This document shows, in pieces, positions 26,667-36,840 of a stretch of DNA of 57,421 nucleotides. Below the pieces are notes generated by a model. The model did no database searches and was not told where the DNA came from. It worked only from the letters and a program-made list of their open reading frames with translations. The position numbers were made by a program, and so were the translations under genes. Source of the stretch: Candidatus Komeilibacteria bacterium CG_4_10_14_0_2_um_filter_37_10 (GTDB lineage: Bacteria > Patescibacteriota > Patescibacteriia > UBA1558); contig PFPO01000073.1 of NCBI GenBank assembly GCA_002793075.1, positions 1 to 57,421 on the forward strand, in the 5' to 3' direction. Within the stretch, counting starts at the first letter, position 1; the number at the start of each line of letters is the position of its first letter.

Positions 26667-27840
26667 CATAGTCATGTTTAATATGTCTGCCTATAGTGAT
26701 TGGCAGGGCGGTGTTAGTAATAGAAACTACCACCTCCTCAAGTCTTTACTAGCCGACGAAAGAGTCAATAAAATACTAGCTATTGATTATCTACCATGGT
26801 CATTCAAGCAATTTTGTAAACACATTTTTTTTGGTTATTGGTTGATGCCTTTTTTTCAGCATGACAAAATATTAAAACGAATGTTTTTAGCTAATCTATT
26901 TCAGATTAATCAAAACCTCTATGTTTTCAATGCCCCTTTGTACTATTTGAGTCGACCGAAATTTTATCAGAAGTTGCGAGAGATGATTAAGGAAATATGG
27001 TCAGCGGAGAAATATATTTGTTGGTCGTGTAATCCCATGGAAACAGAGTATTACGCACAACTGTCGGCAAATTTATACATTTTTGATGCTATTGATAATT
27101 GGAGTCTGCATCCATCATATAGCAAAAAAATTCAGCTATTGAAAAATAATTATAAAGTTATTGAACTAAAATCAGATGTCATTTTTGCTGTTGCTAATGA
27201 ATTACAAAATATTTTTGCTACCAATAATAATGTTTATTGGGTACCCAATGGTATTGATTTACATCATTATCAAAATATTAGAAAAATAACTGACCGACGC
27301 ATAGCTGATTTGCCCCGACCTATTATTGGTTATATTGGTGTTATTTTAAATCGATTAGATTGGCCAATTATTGAATATCTAGCTCAGCATAATCCAAAAA
27401 AATCTATTGTATTAGTTGGCTCATATAAAGGTCGTTTGCAGTATTGGGATAGAGAGTTAATCAAAAAAATTAAACAGTATCACAATATTCATCTTTTAGG
27501 TTTTGTCACCTATCAAGAAGCACCAAGTTATATTTGTCAATTTGATGTCGGTATTATTCCCCATCGAATAAATACTTATGTAGCCAGTACTAATCCCATG
27601 AAAATGTATGAATATTTTGCTTGTGGTAAACCAATAGTAGCCACACCAGCGCCAGGATTAAATATGTTTCCCGATATTGCCCTTGCGGATAATCCAATTG
27701 ATTTCAATGATCTGGTTATTCGTGAGCTCTTGCAAGATAATTCGGCAGCACAAGAGCAACGTAAAAAAACGATAACCAATCATTCTTGGACCGAAAGAGT
27801 TAATAAAATGTTGAATATCATTTATGAACGACTCAATTAA
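26653..27840 (+). CDS. glycosyltransferase, GT-B fold (group 1, TuaH-like)
   Basis: C-terminal NPMKMYEYFACGKPIVAT motif of group-1 GTs. Overlaps both neighbours. Confidence 0.65.
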   Translation: MQKINIVMFNMSAYSDWQGGVSNRNYHLLKSLLADERVNKILAIDYLPWSFKQFCKHIFFGYWLMPFFQHDKILKRMFLANLFQINQNLYVFNAPLYYLSRPKFYQKLREMIKEIWSAEKYICWSCNPMETEYYAQLSANLYIFDAIDNWSLHPSYSKKIQLLKNNYKVIELKSDVIFAVANELQNIFATNNNVYWVPNGIDLHHYQNIRKITDRRIADLPRPIIGYIGVILNRLDWPIIEYLAQHNPKKSIVLVGSYKGRLQYWDRELIKKIKQYHNIHLLGFVTYQEAPSYICQFDVGIIPHRINTYVASTNPMKMYEYFACGKPIVATPAPGLNMFPDIALADNPIDFNDLVIRELLQDNSAAQEQRKKTITNHSWTERVNKMLNIIYERLN

Positions 27841-28714
27841 ATTGTCAGTAATTATCGTCAGCTGGAATGTGGCCGAGCAGATTGAGCGCTGTTTGTTGTC
27901 GATTGATAAATATTTATCGAAGATAAATAAAGAGGTAATAGTAATTGATAATAACTCCACTGATCAAACTAAAGATTTAATTAAACAAAGATTTCCTGGG
28001 GTTAAATTAATTATCAATTCAATCAATAAGGGTTTTGCTGCAGCCAATAATCAAGGCGCCCAGATAGCTCAAGGCGAATATTTTCTTATTTTAAATCCGG
28101 ATACTGAATTTATTGATGAGTCTTTAGGATCAGCGCTGGCGTTTATGGATCAGCAGCAGAATATTGGAATTTGTGGGATTAATATTATTAATCGCGATCA
28201 ATCTGATCAGTTATCGATTCGCCCGTTTCCTGATTTATATTCACAAATAATTACGTTAGGGAAATTAAACAACATCTGGCCACAATTGAATAAGCATTAT
28301 TTATCCATCAATTTTGACTATCATCAAAGTCAATCAGTTGCTAGTATTAGCGGTGCTTGTTTTTTAATTAAGAGTAAAGTCTGGTCTCAATTGAACGGTT
28401 TCGATGAACATTTTTTTATTTGGTTTGAAGAAGTTGATTTATGCTATCGTTGTCAGCAAAGCGGTTTAACTGTTTACTACTATGCACCAGCGTGTATTAT
28501 TCATGATGGCGCACAAAGTTTTTCGCAATTACTGCCGTGGGCAAAACAAAAGCTATTCAATCGTTCCTTATTATACTATTTTCGTCAGCATCAACCGGGG
28601 TGGCAATTAATTATACTGCGGTTACTGTTGCCATTTAATTATTTATTAACTATTTTACAAACGTTAGTAAGCACAACAAAAAATGTCTATACAATTGTTC
28701 GATCGAAAAATTAA
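27824..28714 (+). CDS. glycosyltransferase family 2
   Basis: LSVIIVSWNV...VIVIDNNSTD...NKGFAAANNQG...ILNPDT and FFIWFEEVDLCYR are typical of GT2 (rhamnosyltransferase-like) enzymes. Confidence 0.85.
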   Translation: MNDSIKLSVIIVSWNVAEQIERCLLSIDKYLSKINKEVIVIDNNSTDQTKDLIKQRFPGVKLIINSINKGFAAANNQGAQIAQGEYFLILNPDTEFIDESLGSALAFMDQQQNIGICGINIINRDQSDQLSIRPFPDLYSQIITLGKLNNIWPQLNKHYLSINFDYHQSQSVASISGACFLIKSKVWSQLNGFDEHFFIWFEEVDLCYRCQQSGLTVYYYAPACIIHDGAQSFSQLLPWAKQKLFNRSLLYYFRQHQPGWQLIILRLLLPFNYLLTILQTLVSTTKNVYTIVRSKN

Positions 28715-30113
28715 TATCTATATTTGCGTTGCTCTGACTTTATTTTTTTTATCTTTATTTACCTATTTATATTTACCAGCTCAGGCCGTTATTTGGTGGC
28801 TGATCTTTGTATTAACTTTAGTAATTGCTTGTCGCAACGTTACCAATGGTTTGCTCATAATGTTTGCGGAATTATTTATTGGCGCTCAAGGACATCTTTT
28901 TAATTGGCATTTATACGGCTATGACATCTCCCTGCGCATTGGCATATTTATTGCTGTATTTATCGGATTTATGGTAGCGATAGTAAAATTTAAAGGGCAG
29001 AAATGGCAGCAGCCCTATATTTATTATCTTTTTTTAGGCAGTTTATTAATAGCTATAGTCAAAGGATTATATTTTAATTCTTCAGCTGTAACTTTTTTTG
29101 ATTTTAATAACTATTTATTTCTGTTAATTTTACCAGTAGTAAATTATATTTACGATCGAAGTTTTTTACAAAATGTCGCTAAATTAATGATTGCCGCTGT
29201 CCATGTATTAGCTCTCGAAGCGCTATTATTATTTTATGCTTTTGCCCATCAACTAAGTTGGCTGGACCTAGGTTTATTATATAAATGGGTGCGTGATTTA
29301 CGTTTGTATGAAATAACACATGTAGTGGAAAATTATTACCGAATTTTTTCACCCAGTCAAATATATTCCGTTGTAGTTTTAATACTATTAACCATAATGC
29401 TGATCTATTGGCAGCGACGGGAATTAGTAATCAAGAATAATATTTATTTTTGGTTATCATTTTTTTCCGCATTTGTCTTATTAGTCATAAGCTTTTCTCG
29501 TAGTAATTGGCTAGCGGCAATAATAGTTTTACCGTTTATGCTTTTTGTATTTTATTATCAAAAACTACTTAGTTGGCAGCAATCAATAAAAGTTATATTA
29601 ATAATTGGTAGTTCTTTGGCACTAGCTATCTTGTTTATATTTATTTGCAGTGGTTCCTGGCAAGGAAATGTTTTACAAAACCGCATTGATAATTTAACGG
29701 AAGAAGCTGCATCTTCTCGTTTAGCTCAACTTCAACCACTACTAGTGGCTATTAATAACCAGCCGTTTACTGGCTATGGTTTTGGTAAAATGCTAACATA
29801 CCAGTCAGCTGATCCGAGAATTCAAAACAGTCAAAATCCTCAAGGTAATTACACGACTTCGGCCTTTGAATTAGGATACTTGGATATTTGGCTCAAAATT
29901 GGTTTAATTGGTTTAATATTCTATCTGGGCTATTTATACTCAATTTTGAAAAAAAACCTTTACCTGCCCGATATTTTGCAAAAAAAAGCTATCTATTCTT
30001 TAGCATTTAACTACGGTTTAATAGCTTTAATGATAATATCAATTTTTAGTCCCTACTTAAATCACCCTTTAGGCTTCGGCCTAATATTATTAGCCATCGT
30101 ACCACATGATTAA
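28683..30113 (+). CDS. O-antigen polymerase/ligase-like (Wzy_C type) polytopic membrane protein
   Basis: At least 10 TM segments, with an SRSNWLAAIIV segment and a large loop before the last TM helices. Located inside the GT cluster. Confidence 0.6.
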   Translation: MSIQLFDRKINIYICVALTLFFLSLFTYLYLPAQAVIWWLIFVLTLVIACRNVTNGLLIMFAELFIGAQGHLFNWHLYGYDISLRIGIFIAVFIGFMVAIVKFKGQKWQQPYIYYLFLGSLLIAIVKGLYFNSSAVTFFDFNNYLFLLILPVVNYIYDRSFLQNVAKLMIAAVHVLALEALLLFYAFAHQLSWLDLGLLYKWVRDLRLYEITHVVENYYRIFSPSQIYSVVVLILLTIMLIYWQRRELVIKNNIYFWLSFFSAFVLLVISFSRSNWLAAIIVLPFMLFVFYYQKLLSWQQSIKVILIIGSSLALAILFIFICSGSWQGNVLQNRIDNLTEEAASSRLAQLQPLLVAINNQPFTGYGFGKMLTYQSADPRIQNSQNPQGNYTTSAFELGYLDIWLKIGLIGLIFYLGYLYSILKKNLYLPDILQKKAIYSLAFNYGLIALMIISIFSPYLNHPLGFGLILLAIVPHD

Positions 30114-31134
30114 AAACAGCAAAAAACTATCGATAATTGTAGTTACCCGCAATGCCGATAACTATTTATATGATTGTCTAAATTCAGTATTTGCTCAGGA
30201 TTTAGAAAACACTGAATTTGATTTACTAATTATTGATAATTGTTCAAACGATGATACGATTAGAATTATTCAAGAAAATTATCCTCAAATAAAATTCATT
30301 CAGTTAAAAAACAATGTTGGTTTTAGTAAGGCTTATAATTTGGGTATTGCTTGGACAAAGGGTGAATATATTTTGTGTTTAAACCAAGACGTTGTTTTAG
30401 ATAAAGAATATTGTTCCACTTTAATTGAATATTTGAATCAAAATGTCACAACAGCTGCAGTCACCGGTAAAATTTTGCGTTATGATTTTTTGCAGCATCA
30501 AACTGTAAATACTATTGATACTCTCGGCATCCAAGTAAAACATAATCATCAGTTTATCGATTTTGCTCAAGGACAAAATAATATTAGTGATTATAATCAA
30601 GTAGTAGAAATCTTTGGCGTTTCAGCTGCCGTGGCTATTTATCGACGCGTTGCCCTAGATCAGGTTAAAATAAATTATACTGGATATCAGGCCGAATATT
30701 TTGACGAAGACTTCTTTGCGTACAAAGAAGACATTGACTTAGCATATCGTTTACGATTGAATAATTGGCAATCATTCATGATACCAAACGCCATTGCTTA
30801 CCACGCGCGAGCTAATAGGGGAGTAGTGGGTTTAACTGATCATCAAATAGGTCGTTTAGCATACAAAAAAAATCATTATTTAAACTATCTTTCTTATCGT
30901 AACCATTTGGCAGTGCTACTAAAAAATGAATTTTTGGTAAACTTAATTATTGATAGCCCCCAAATAATATGGTATGAGCTGAAAAAAATATTATTTATGA
31001 GCCTGACTAATAAATATTTTTGGCTAAAGCTTTTGCTAGCAATAAAATTTTATCGCCGCATCTGGAAAAAAAGAAAATTAGTAAAAAAAATGATCAAGGT
31101 TAACTATACTAATATTCGCCAATGGTATGTCTGA
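30106..31134 (+). CDS. glycosyltransferase family 2
   Basis: LSIIVVTRNA...LLIIDNCSNDDT...NVGFSKAYNLG...CLNQDV and FFAYKEDIDLAYR. Confidence 0.85.
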   Translation: MIKNSKKLSIIVVTRNADNYLYDCLNSVFAQDLENTEFDLLIIDNCSNDDTIRIIQENYPQIKFIQLKNNVGFSKAYNLGIAWTKGEYILCLNQDVVLDKEYCSTLIEYLNQNVTTAAVTGKILRYDFLQHQTVNTIDTLGIQVKHNHQFIDFAQGQNNISDYNQVVEIFGVSAAVAIYRRVALDQVKINYTGYQAEYFDEDFFAYKEDIDLAYRLRLNNWQSFMIPNAIAYHARANRGVVGLTDHQIGRLAYKKNHYLNYLSYRNHLAVLLKNEFLVNLIIDSPQIIWYELKKILFMSLTNKYFWLKLLLAIKFYRRIWKKRKLVKKMIKVNYTNIRQWYV

Positions 31135-31927
31135 GTACAATATTAAACTATCTATCATCATCCTAAATTATAATACCCCTAAATTGGTAAAATATTTATT
31201 AACTAATTTTTTTGATCTGAAAAAAAATTTTAGCTATGAGGTGATAGTCATTAATAATGGGGAAAAGACCAAATTCTTGGAAGAAATACGTGCCTTTAGA
31301 AACAGTATAAAAGTTAGGGAGATACCCAATCATGGCTATGCAGCTGGTAATAATACTGGTATGCGCGCAGCTAGTGGCGAGTATGTTATGATTATGAATC
31401 CTGATTTATATTGGCATGATGGTGAAATTGAAAAAATGATTGATTATCTTGATCAACATACCGAGGTTGGCATTTTGGGTCCTAAATTAATATATCCTAG
31501 TCAAGAAGTGCAGTATTCTTGCTTACGCTATCCTGATTGGCACCTACCTTTTTATCGTCGCTCAAAATTAAGTCAAACAACAAGAGCACAAAAATGGTTG
31601 GATCATTATTTACTAAAAGATTATAATCACCAAACCGCGCGAGCAGTTGATTGGTTGTTCGGAGCTTGTTTATTAGTTCGTCAGCGGGCTATTGCGCAGG
31701 TTGGTTTATTAGATGAACAGTATTTTATGTATTTTGAAGATTTAGATTGGTGTCGACGCTTCAATAACGCCAGTTGGCAGGTGCACTATTTACCAACAGC
31801 GCAAGTCATTCATTTTCATCATCGTGATTCAGCAGATAAAATTGGTTTTTTTGGCTTCTTTACCAAATTAGGAAGAATTCATTTTTATAGTTGGCTTAAA
31901 TATTTAAGAAAGTGGAACTTTTCTTGA
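31127..31927 (+). CDS. glycosyltransferase family 2
   Basis: LSIIILNYNT...VIVINNG...NHGYAAGNNTG...IMNPDL and YFMYFEDLDWCRR. Confidence 0.85.
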   Translation: MSEYNIKLSIIILNYNTPKLVKYLLTNFFDLKKNFSYEVIVINNGEKTKFLEEIRAFRNSIKVREIPNHGYAAGNNTGMRAASGEYVMIMNPDLYWHDGEIEKMIDYLDQHTEVGILGPKLIYPSQEVQYSCLRYPDWHLPFYRRSKLSQTTRAQKWLDHYLLKDYNHQTARAVDWLFGACLLVRQRAIAQVGLLDEQYFMYFEDLDWCRRFNNASWQVHYLPTAQVIHFHHRDSADKIGFFGFFTKLGRIHFYSWLKYLRKWNFS

Positions 31928-31951
31928 TTTTTTTGGGCAAAATGGTATGAT
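31924..31951 (+). promoter_or_regulatory. candidate extended -10 promoter for lysS-serS
   Basis: TTGATT (31924-31929), 16-nt spacer, TGgTATGAT (31943-31951). A 20-nt leader without a Shine-Dalgarno motif precedes the ATG at 31972. Confidence 0.4.
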
Positions 31952-31971
31952 AAATAAATAACAACAAGACC

Positions 31972-33471
31972 ATGACTGATGAACAAAAAAATATTAATCC
32001 TTTTGAAGAATATACAATTCGTTGTCAGAAATTAGAAAAAATTAAGGAATTAAATATTGATCCTTACCCTAGTGAACGAATTGAGTATTTAAGCAACAAT
32101 CAACTGGTTGCTAATTTTAATGAATATTTAGAACAGAAAAAAAGCGTCACCATAGTTGGTCGGCTTCGTAGTAAAAGATGGCATGGCGGTTCCTGTTTTG
32201 CTAATTTGGAAAATAATTGGCAACAAATCCAAATTTATTTTAAGAAAGACGAGGTTGGTAAAGCAGATTATGAAATTTTTGTCGATTTGCTAGACGTTGG
32301 TGATATTATTCAAATTTCCGGTGAACCTTTTTTGACGAAACGTGGTGAAAAAACTATTTTAGTAAAAAAATATCATTTACTTAATAAATCTTTATTACCG
32401 CTACCGGAAAAATGGCATGGTCTTAGTGATATTGAGACGAGATTTCGCCAACGTTATTTAGATTTAATAGCTAACAATGAAGTTAAAGATATCTTCTTAA
32501 AAAGACAAGCGATTATTAATTATTTAAGAAATTATTTAGATAACCAAAGTTTTATGGAAGTTGATACGCCAATTTTGCAATCGCTTGCTGGTGGTGCTAT
32601 TGCTGAACCGTTTGTTACTCATCATCGAGCATTAGACATCGATTTGTTTTTACGGATTGCACCAGAAATATTTCTGAAGAAACTGATTATCGGCGGATTT
32701 ACGAAAATTTATGAAGTAGCACGATGTTTTCGCAATGAAGGCATTGATCATGCTCACAATCCAGAGTTCACCCAAATTGAGTTATATTGGGCTTATCAGG
32801 ATTATCTCGGTCTGATGGATTTTACTGAACAAATGATTAGTCAGCTAGTTTGGGAAATCAATGGTAGCTTTTTAGTTAACTACGACGGTCATGATTATAA
32901 CTTCCAGCCACCTTGGCCACGTATTGATTATCGCGAAGAGTTGATTAAACGCTGCAAAGTTGATATTAATAATTACCCGACAGCCTATGAATTAAAACCC
33001 TTAGCAATAAAACTGGGTATTGCAGTAGCTGATGAATGGGGTAAAGGTAAAATTATAGACGAATTATATAAGAAGTATGTCCGTAATGAGATACCAGGAC
33101 CGTTCTACATAGTTAATCACCCGATTGAATTATCACCGCTGGCTAAGAAAAATAAAAAGGAACCAAATTTTGTTGATCGTTTTCAGCTGGTAGTAGCGGG
33201 ATTTGAGTTAGTTAATGCCTTTAGTGAATTAAATGATTCTTTTGATCAAGCTGAGAGATTTGTTGAACAACAACGACTGAAAGATGAAGGTGATCAAGAG
33301 GCAGTGCCGTATGACGCTGAATACGTTGAGGCGCTCAAATATGGATTACCACCAACTGCGGGTTTGGGTTTGGGAATTGATCGTTTAGTGCAAATTCTAA
33401 CTAACCAACATAACATAAAAAATGTTATATTTTTTCCTACTTTAAAACCAAAATTGGAAGATAAAAAATAA
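31972..33471 (+). CDS. lysS: lysine--tRNA ligase, class II
   Basis: N-terminal OB domain (VTIVGRLRSKRWHG). Class II motifs FMEVDTPILQ, RCFRNEGIDHAHNPEFTQIELYWAY and GLGLGIDRLV. Confidence 0.95.
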   Translation: MTDEQKNINPFEEYTIRCQKLEKIKELNIDPYPSERIEYLSNNQLVANFNEYLEQKKSVTIVGRLRSKRWHGGSCFANLENNWQQIQIYFKKDEVGKADYEIFVDLLDVGDIIQISGEPFLTKRGEKTILVKKYHLLNKSLLPLPEKWHGLSDIETRFRQRYLDLIANNEVKDIFLKRQAIINYLRNYLDNQSFMEVDTPILQSLAGGAIAEPFVTHHRALDIDLFLRIAPEIFLKKLIIGGFTKIYEVARCFRNEGIDHAHNPEFTQIELYWAYQDYLGLMDFTEQMISQLVWEINGSFLVNYDGHDYNFQPPWPRIDYREELIKRCKVDINNYPTAYELKPLAIKLGIAVADEWGKGKIIDELYKKYVRNEIPGPFYIVNHPIELSPLAKKNKKEPNFVDRFQLVVAGFELVNAFSELNDSFDQAERFVEQQRLKDEGDQEAVPYDAEYVEALKYGLPPTAGLGLGIDRLVQILTNQHNIKNVIFFPTLKPKLEDKK

Positions 33472-33472
33472 T

Positions 33473-34711
33473 ATGTTAGATATCAATTTAATTCGGCAAA
33501 ACATTCAAAATATTCAGAATAATTTAGCTCGACGTGATAGCTCTCGAGATTTTCATTTAGTTGATATTTGCAGCTTAGATGATCAGCGTCGATCATTAAT
33601 TCAGCAGGTTGATGATTTTAAAAAACAACAAAATATTTTAGCTAAAGGCGGTAAGCCAACAGCTGAACAGGTAACCGAGGGAAAAGAATTACGTGATCAA
33701 GTTACACGAATAGCAGTGACATTAAAGGATACAGAACAAAAATTAGATTTGCTGATGAGTGAATTGCCCAATCTTATTGCTGATGATGTGGTAGCGGGTG
33801 GTAAAGAAAATAATATCATTGTTAAAACTAACTTAAAATTAACCAAATTTTCTTTTACACCCAAAGATCATGTAGCTTTAGCCACAGAATTAGGTCTTAT
33901 TGATTATGCCCGAGCGGTGAAAATAGCTGGTAGTGGATTTTGGGCTTATGTTGGTCAGGGTGCAGTATTAGAATGGGCATTATTAAATTATTTTATTGAT
34001 TTTCACCGACAAAATAATTATTGTTTCGTAATTCCACCTTTTCTATTGACGGAAAAATCCGCTTATACTTCCGGTCATTTACCTAAATTCAGAGATGATT
34101 TATTTTGGACTGAAGACAAGCTATGTCTCAATGCAACTAGCGAGATGATGCTGGGAAATTTTCACCGTGATGAGATTTTAGATGAACAAAAATTACCACT
34201 AAAATATTTTGCCTATTCTCCTTGTTTTCGTCGTGAAGCCGGTAGTTACCGAGCAGAGGAGAGAGGAATGATTCGCGGTCATCAGTTTAATAAAATTGAA
34301 ATGTTTCAGTTGACAAAGCCAGAAGATTCTTGGTCAGCCTTTGATGAATTAGTTACTAATGCAGAAAAATTATTAATTGGTTTAGGATTGCATTTTAATA
34401 CTGTTAAATTAGCCGCTGGTGATTGTAGCTCAGCCATGGCAAAAACTTATGATTTAGAAGTTTATCTACCAAGTATGCAGGGTTATAAAGAAGTTAGTAG
34501 TATATCTAATGCCCTGGACTATCAAGCTCGCCGTGGACATATTCGATTTAAACGTCATGGTAAGAGTGAGTATGTTCACACCTTAAATGCATCTGGTTTA
34601 GCTACCAGTCGCTTACTACCGGCGATTTTGGAACAATACCAGCAAGCTAATGGTTCAGTCATAGTTCCCGAGGTATTACAAAAGTATTGTGGCTTTAGTA
34701 TCATTGAATAA
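33473..34711 (+). CDS. serS: serine--tRNA ligase
   Basis: N-terminal coiled coil MLDINLIRQN.... Class II motifs CFRREAGSYRAEERGMIRGHQFNKIEMF and HTLNASGLATSR. Confidence 0.95.
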   Translation: MLDINLIRQNIQNIQNNLARRDSSRDFHLVDICSLDDQRRSLIQQVDDFKKQQNILAKGGKPTAEQVTEGKELRDQVTRIAVTLKDTEQKLDLLMSELPNLIADDVVAGGKENNIIVKTNLKLTKFSFTPKDHVALATELGLIDYARAVKIAGSGFWAYVGQGAVLEWALLNYFIDFHRQNNYCFVIPPFLLTEKSAYTSGHLPKFRDDLFWTEDKLCLNATSEMMLGNFHRDEILDEQKLPLKYFAYSPCFRREAGSYRAEERGMIRGHQFNKIEMFQLTKPEDSWSAFDELVTNAEKLLIGLGLHFNTVKLAAGDCSSAMAKTYDLEVYLPSMQGYKEVSSISNALDYQARRGHIRFKRHGKSEYVHTLNASGLATSRLLPAILEQYQQANGSVIVPEVLQKYCGFSIIE

Positions 34712-34716
34712 CAATC

Positions 34717-35511
34717 ATGCGTCGTAAAATATCGATAGGATTTGCTTGGTTAAAACAATCGAGGATTAATTGTCAGCAGTATAAGTATTACTTAATACTG
34801 CTTTTAATGATATTAATTTATTTTGTATTTTATAGTAATTTATGGAACATTAGATATTTAAAGATTACTGATAGTTCAATTACTGATACCATACCTATTG
34901 AAAATACAATATGGTATAAATTACAGGGTCATTACTATTTATTGGTTAGTAAGAGTAATTATTGGTTTATCCAAACTAGTTTACTTAATCAACAATTGCT
35001 GGAGCAATATCCTTACCTCAATATAGTAATTGAAAAAAAGTTTCCGCGGACTATGATAGTAAATATTTCACCAAAAAATTCTAAGATAATTTGGCAGAAG
35101 GGTGACATTTATTACTTAGTTGATAACGAGGGTCAACTAATACATGAGTTACGTACCAATACTATCAAAAGGGACAACTTTGTCATTATTGAAGATAGAA
35201 TTAATAATTCTGTGCAATTGGGTGCTAGATTACTCAAAATTGAAGATTTGAACGGCATTATGAGTGTCGTAGCAGAATTTAAAGAAATGAATTTTACCAA
35301 TCTGCAATTCAATCGAGTTATTTACGACGACATTAGTTTAAGTACTATTAAAATTCTAACTAATAATAATATTGAAATACATTTAAGTTACCGAAAAAAC
35401 ATAACTGATCAGCTAAATAAGTTAAAATTAGCGATAGCACAGAATAAGCTGGATTTTACTACCATTCACTATATTAACCTAAAAATCGATCAGCAAGTTA
35501 TCTATCAATAA
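34717..35511 (+). CDS. FtsQ/DivIB-like cell-division protein (single TM plus POTRA-like region)
   Basis: Short cytoplasmic N-terminus and one TM helix (YYLILLLMILIYFVFY). The following NIRYLKITDSS... beta-rich domain has an FtsQ-like architecture. No strong sequence motif. Confidence 0.45.
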   Translation: MRRKISIGFAWLKQSRINCQQYKYYLILLLMILIYFVFYSNLWNIRYLKITDSSITDTIPIENTIWYKLQGHYYLLVSKSNYWFIQTSLLNQQLLEQYPYLNIVIEKKFPRTMIVNISPKNSKIIWQKGDIYYLVDNEGQLIHELRTNTIKRDNFVIIEDRINNSVQLGARLLKIEDLNGIMSVVAEFKEMNFTNLQFNRVIYDDISLSTIKILTNNNIEIHLSYRKNITDQLNKLKLAIAQNKLDFTTIHYINLKIDQQVIYQ

Positions 35512-35515
35512 GATA

Positions 35516-35547
35516 TGGCGTCGTATAAGATATATTGTGCGACGCCA
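35516..35547. terminator. stem-loop after the FtsQ-like gene
   Basis: TGGCGTCG (35516-35523) pairs perfectly with CGACGCCA (35540-35547), leaving a 16-nt loop. No adjacent T-tract. Confidence 0.4.
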
Positions 35548-35565
35548 CAGTAATTACTAAATAAA

Positions 35566-35597
35566 CAAAAAAGGATTGGTTACTATCCTCTTTTTAT
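35566..35597. terminator. bidirectional A-tract/hairpin/T-tract terminator at the convergent junction
   Basis: AAAAA-AGGAT (35567-35576), loop tggttact, then ATCCT-c-TTTTT (35585-35595). On the minus strand the hairpin is followed by T6, about 40 nt after the M23 peptidase stop. Confidence 0.45.
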
Positions 35598-35628
35598 TGT
35601 AATTCAATCACGCAATGATTTACCGATA

Positions 35629-36840
35629 TTAAGGCAAATAATCAAGTGGGTTAACTGGTATTCCATTACTTCTTACTTCCAGATGTAAGTGTGCACCAGT
35701 TGTTAGATTGCCAGCACCAGCAGTACCCGGCATACCACCGGAATAACCAATAATTTCTCCTTGCACAATAAAAGTGTCCTCGGCTACAATCATTCTGTTT
35801 AAATGTCCATAAACTGAAGAGATGCCATCACTATGTACTAGCATAATATAATTATAATTTCCACTATTACCAGTATTTTTAACTTTAGCTACATAGCCGG
35901 ACTTAATCGCCCGCACAGCACTCCCCTGAGACATAGCTATATCTATCGCTGGATGCTCAAAAACATGTCGATAGGGATAATCAGGATCATGAAAATAAGC
36001 AGTAACTAAGCGAGAGGTACTAGGCCAAATAAAGCCCTTTTCTGAGGCAAGAAACTGCTTACTGTTTGATTCTAACAATTTTTTGCGAGCTTTTATTTCT
36101 AAGTTGTATATTTCACTGTTGATTTGTTGCTGCTCTTTCTTTAATTGATTTAACAAAATAGTATATTTACTCTCTTCACCCTTAGTCTGCTTTAATATGC
36201 TATTTTTAATAGTAATATCACTATTTAATTTTTCTTCGTTAGAGCTAAGCTGATTCTGTAAACCAATTAGCTCATCATGTTTTTGTGTTAATAAATTATT
36301 TTGTCTGGTTAATTCCACTTTTTGACTATCCAAGTCATCAACTTTTTGTTTTAAACTATTATTAATCTTATTTATTTGATTAACATGATTAAAAAATGCA
36401 CCCAGAGAGTCATTTGTCAATAAGGCCGTTAAATTATTTTGATAATAGGAGCGTCTGTTTATTAAACGAAGTAAATCAGCAATTATTTGTTGATGATCCT
36501 CTATTATTTTTTCCGCTGCGGCTATTTCTTCCTGAAGCTGTTGAGTCTGTAAATTAGTCTCCTCTATTTCTAGACTTACAGTTTTAATTTCGAGATTCAC
36601 TTTATCGATTGTTTGATCCAGATTAGTTATTTGACCGGCAAGAGTATTAATTTGTTGGCGTGTCTTGCTTAATGATTTTTCATAGAGCTCTTTCTTACGT
36701 TTCAACTCTTCAATTTGTTTCTGTTTTGCGATAATTTCATCATTAATACTATCGGCAGCTAGTAGCTGATTAGTTAAAACTGACGTTAAAAATATAATCA
36801 ATATTAAATATTTTATATACTTATTTGTTTTCATATTCAT
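35629..36840 (-). CDS. M23 family metalloendopeptidase with a long N-terminal coiled coil (EnvC-like architecture, catalytic residues intact)
   Basis: Signal/anchor MKTNKYIKYLILIIFLTSVL and about 230 aa of heptad-rich coiled coil. The C-terminal LytM domain has HPAID (HxxxD) and HLHLE (HxH). Confidence 0.85.
   Translation of the reverse strand: MNMKTNKYIKYLILIIFLTSVLTNQLLAADSINDEIIAKQKQIEELKRKKELYEKSLSKTRQQINTLAGQITNLDQTIDKVNLEIKTVSLEIEETNLQTQQLQEEIAAAEKIIEDHQQIIADLLRLINRRSYYQNNLTALLTNDSLGAFFNHVNQINKINNSLKQKVDDLDSQKVELTRQNNLLTQKHDELIGLQNQLSSNEEKLNSDITIKNSILKQTKGEESKYTILLNQLKKEQQQINSEIYNLEIKARKKLLESNSKQFLASEKGFIWPSTSRLVTAYFHDPDYPYRHVFEHPAIDIAMSQGSAVRAIKSGYVAKVKNTGNSGNYNYIMLVHSDGISSVYGHLNRMIVAEDTFIVQGEIIGYSGGMPGTAGAGNLTTGAHLHLEVRSNGIPVNPLDYLP

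Noticed and set aside
35516-35554. 12-codon ORF MASYKIYCATPQ
   Set aside because: It coincides with the two arms of the terminator-like stem-loop and is almost certainly non-coding.
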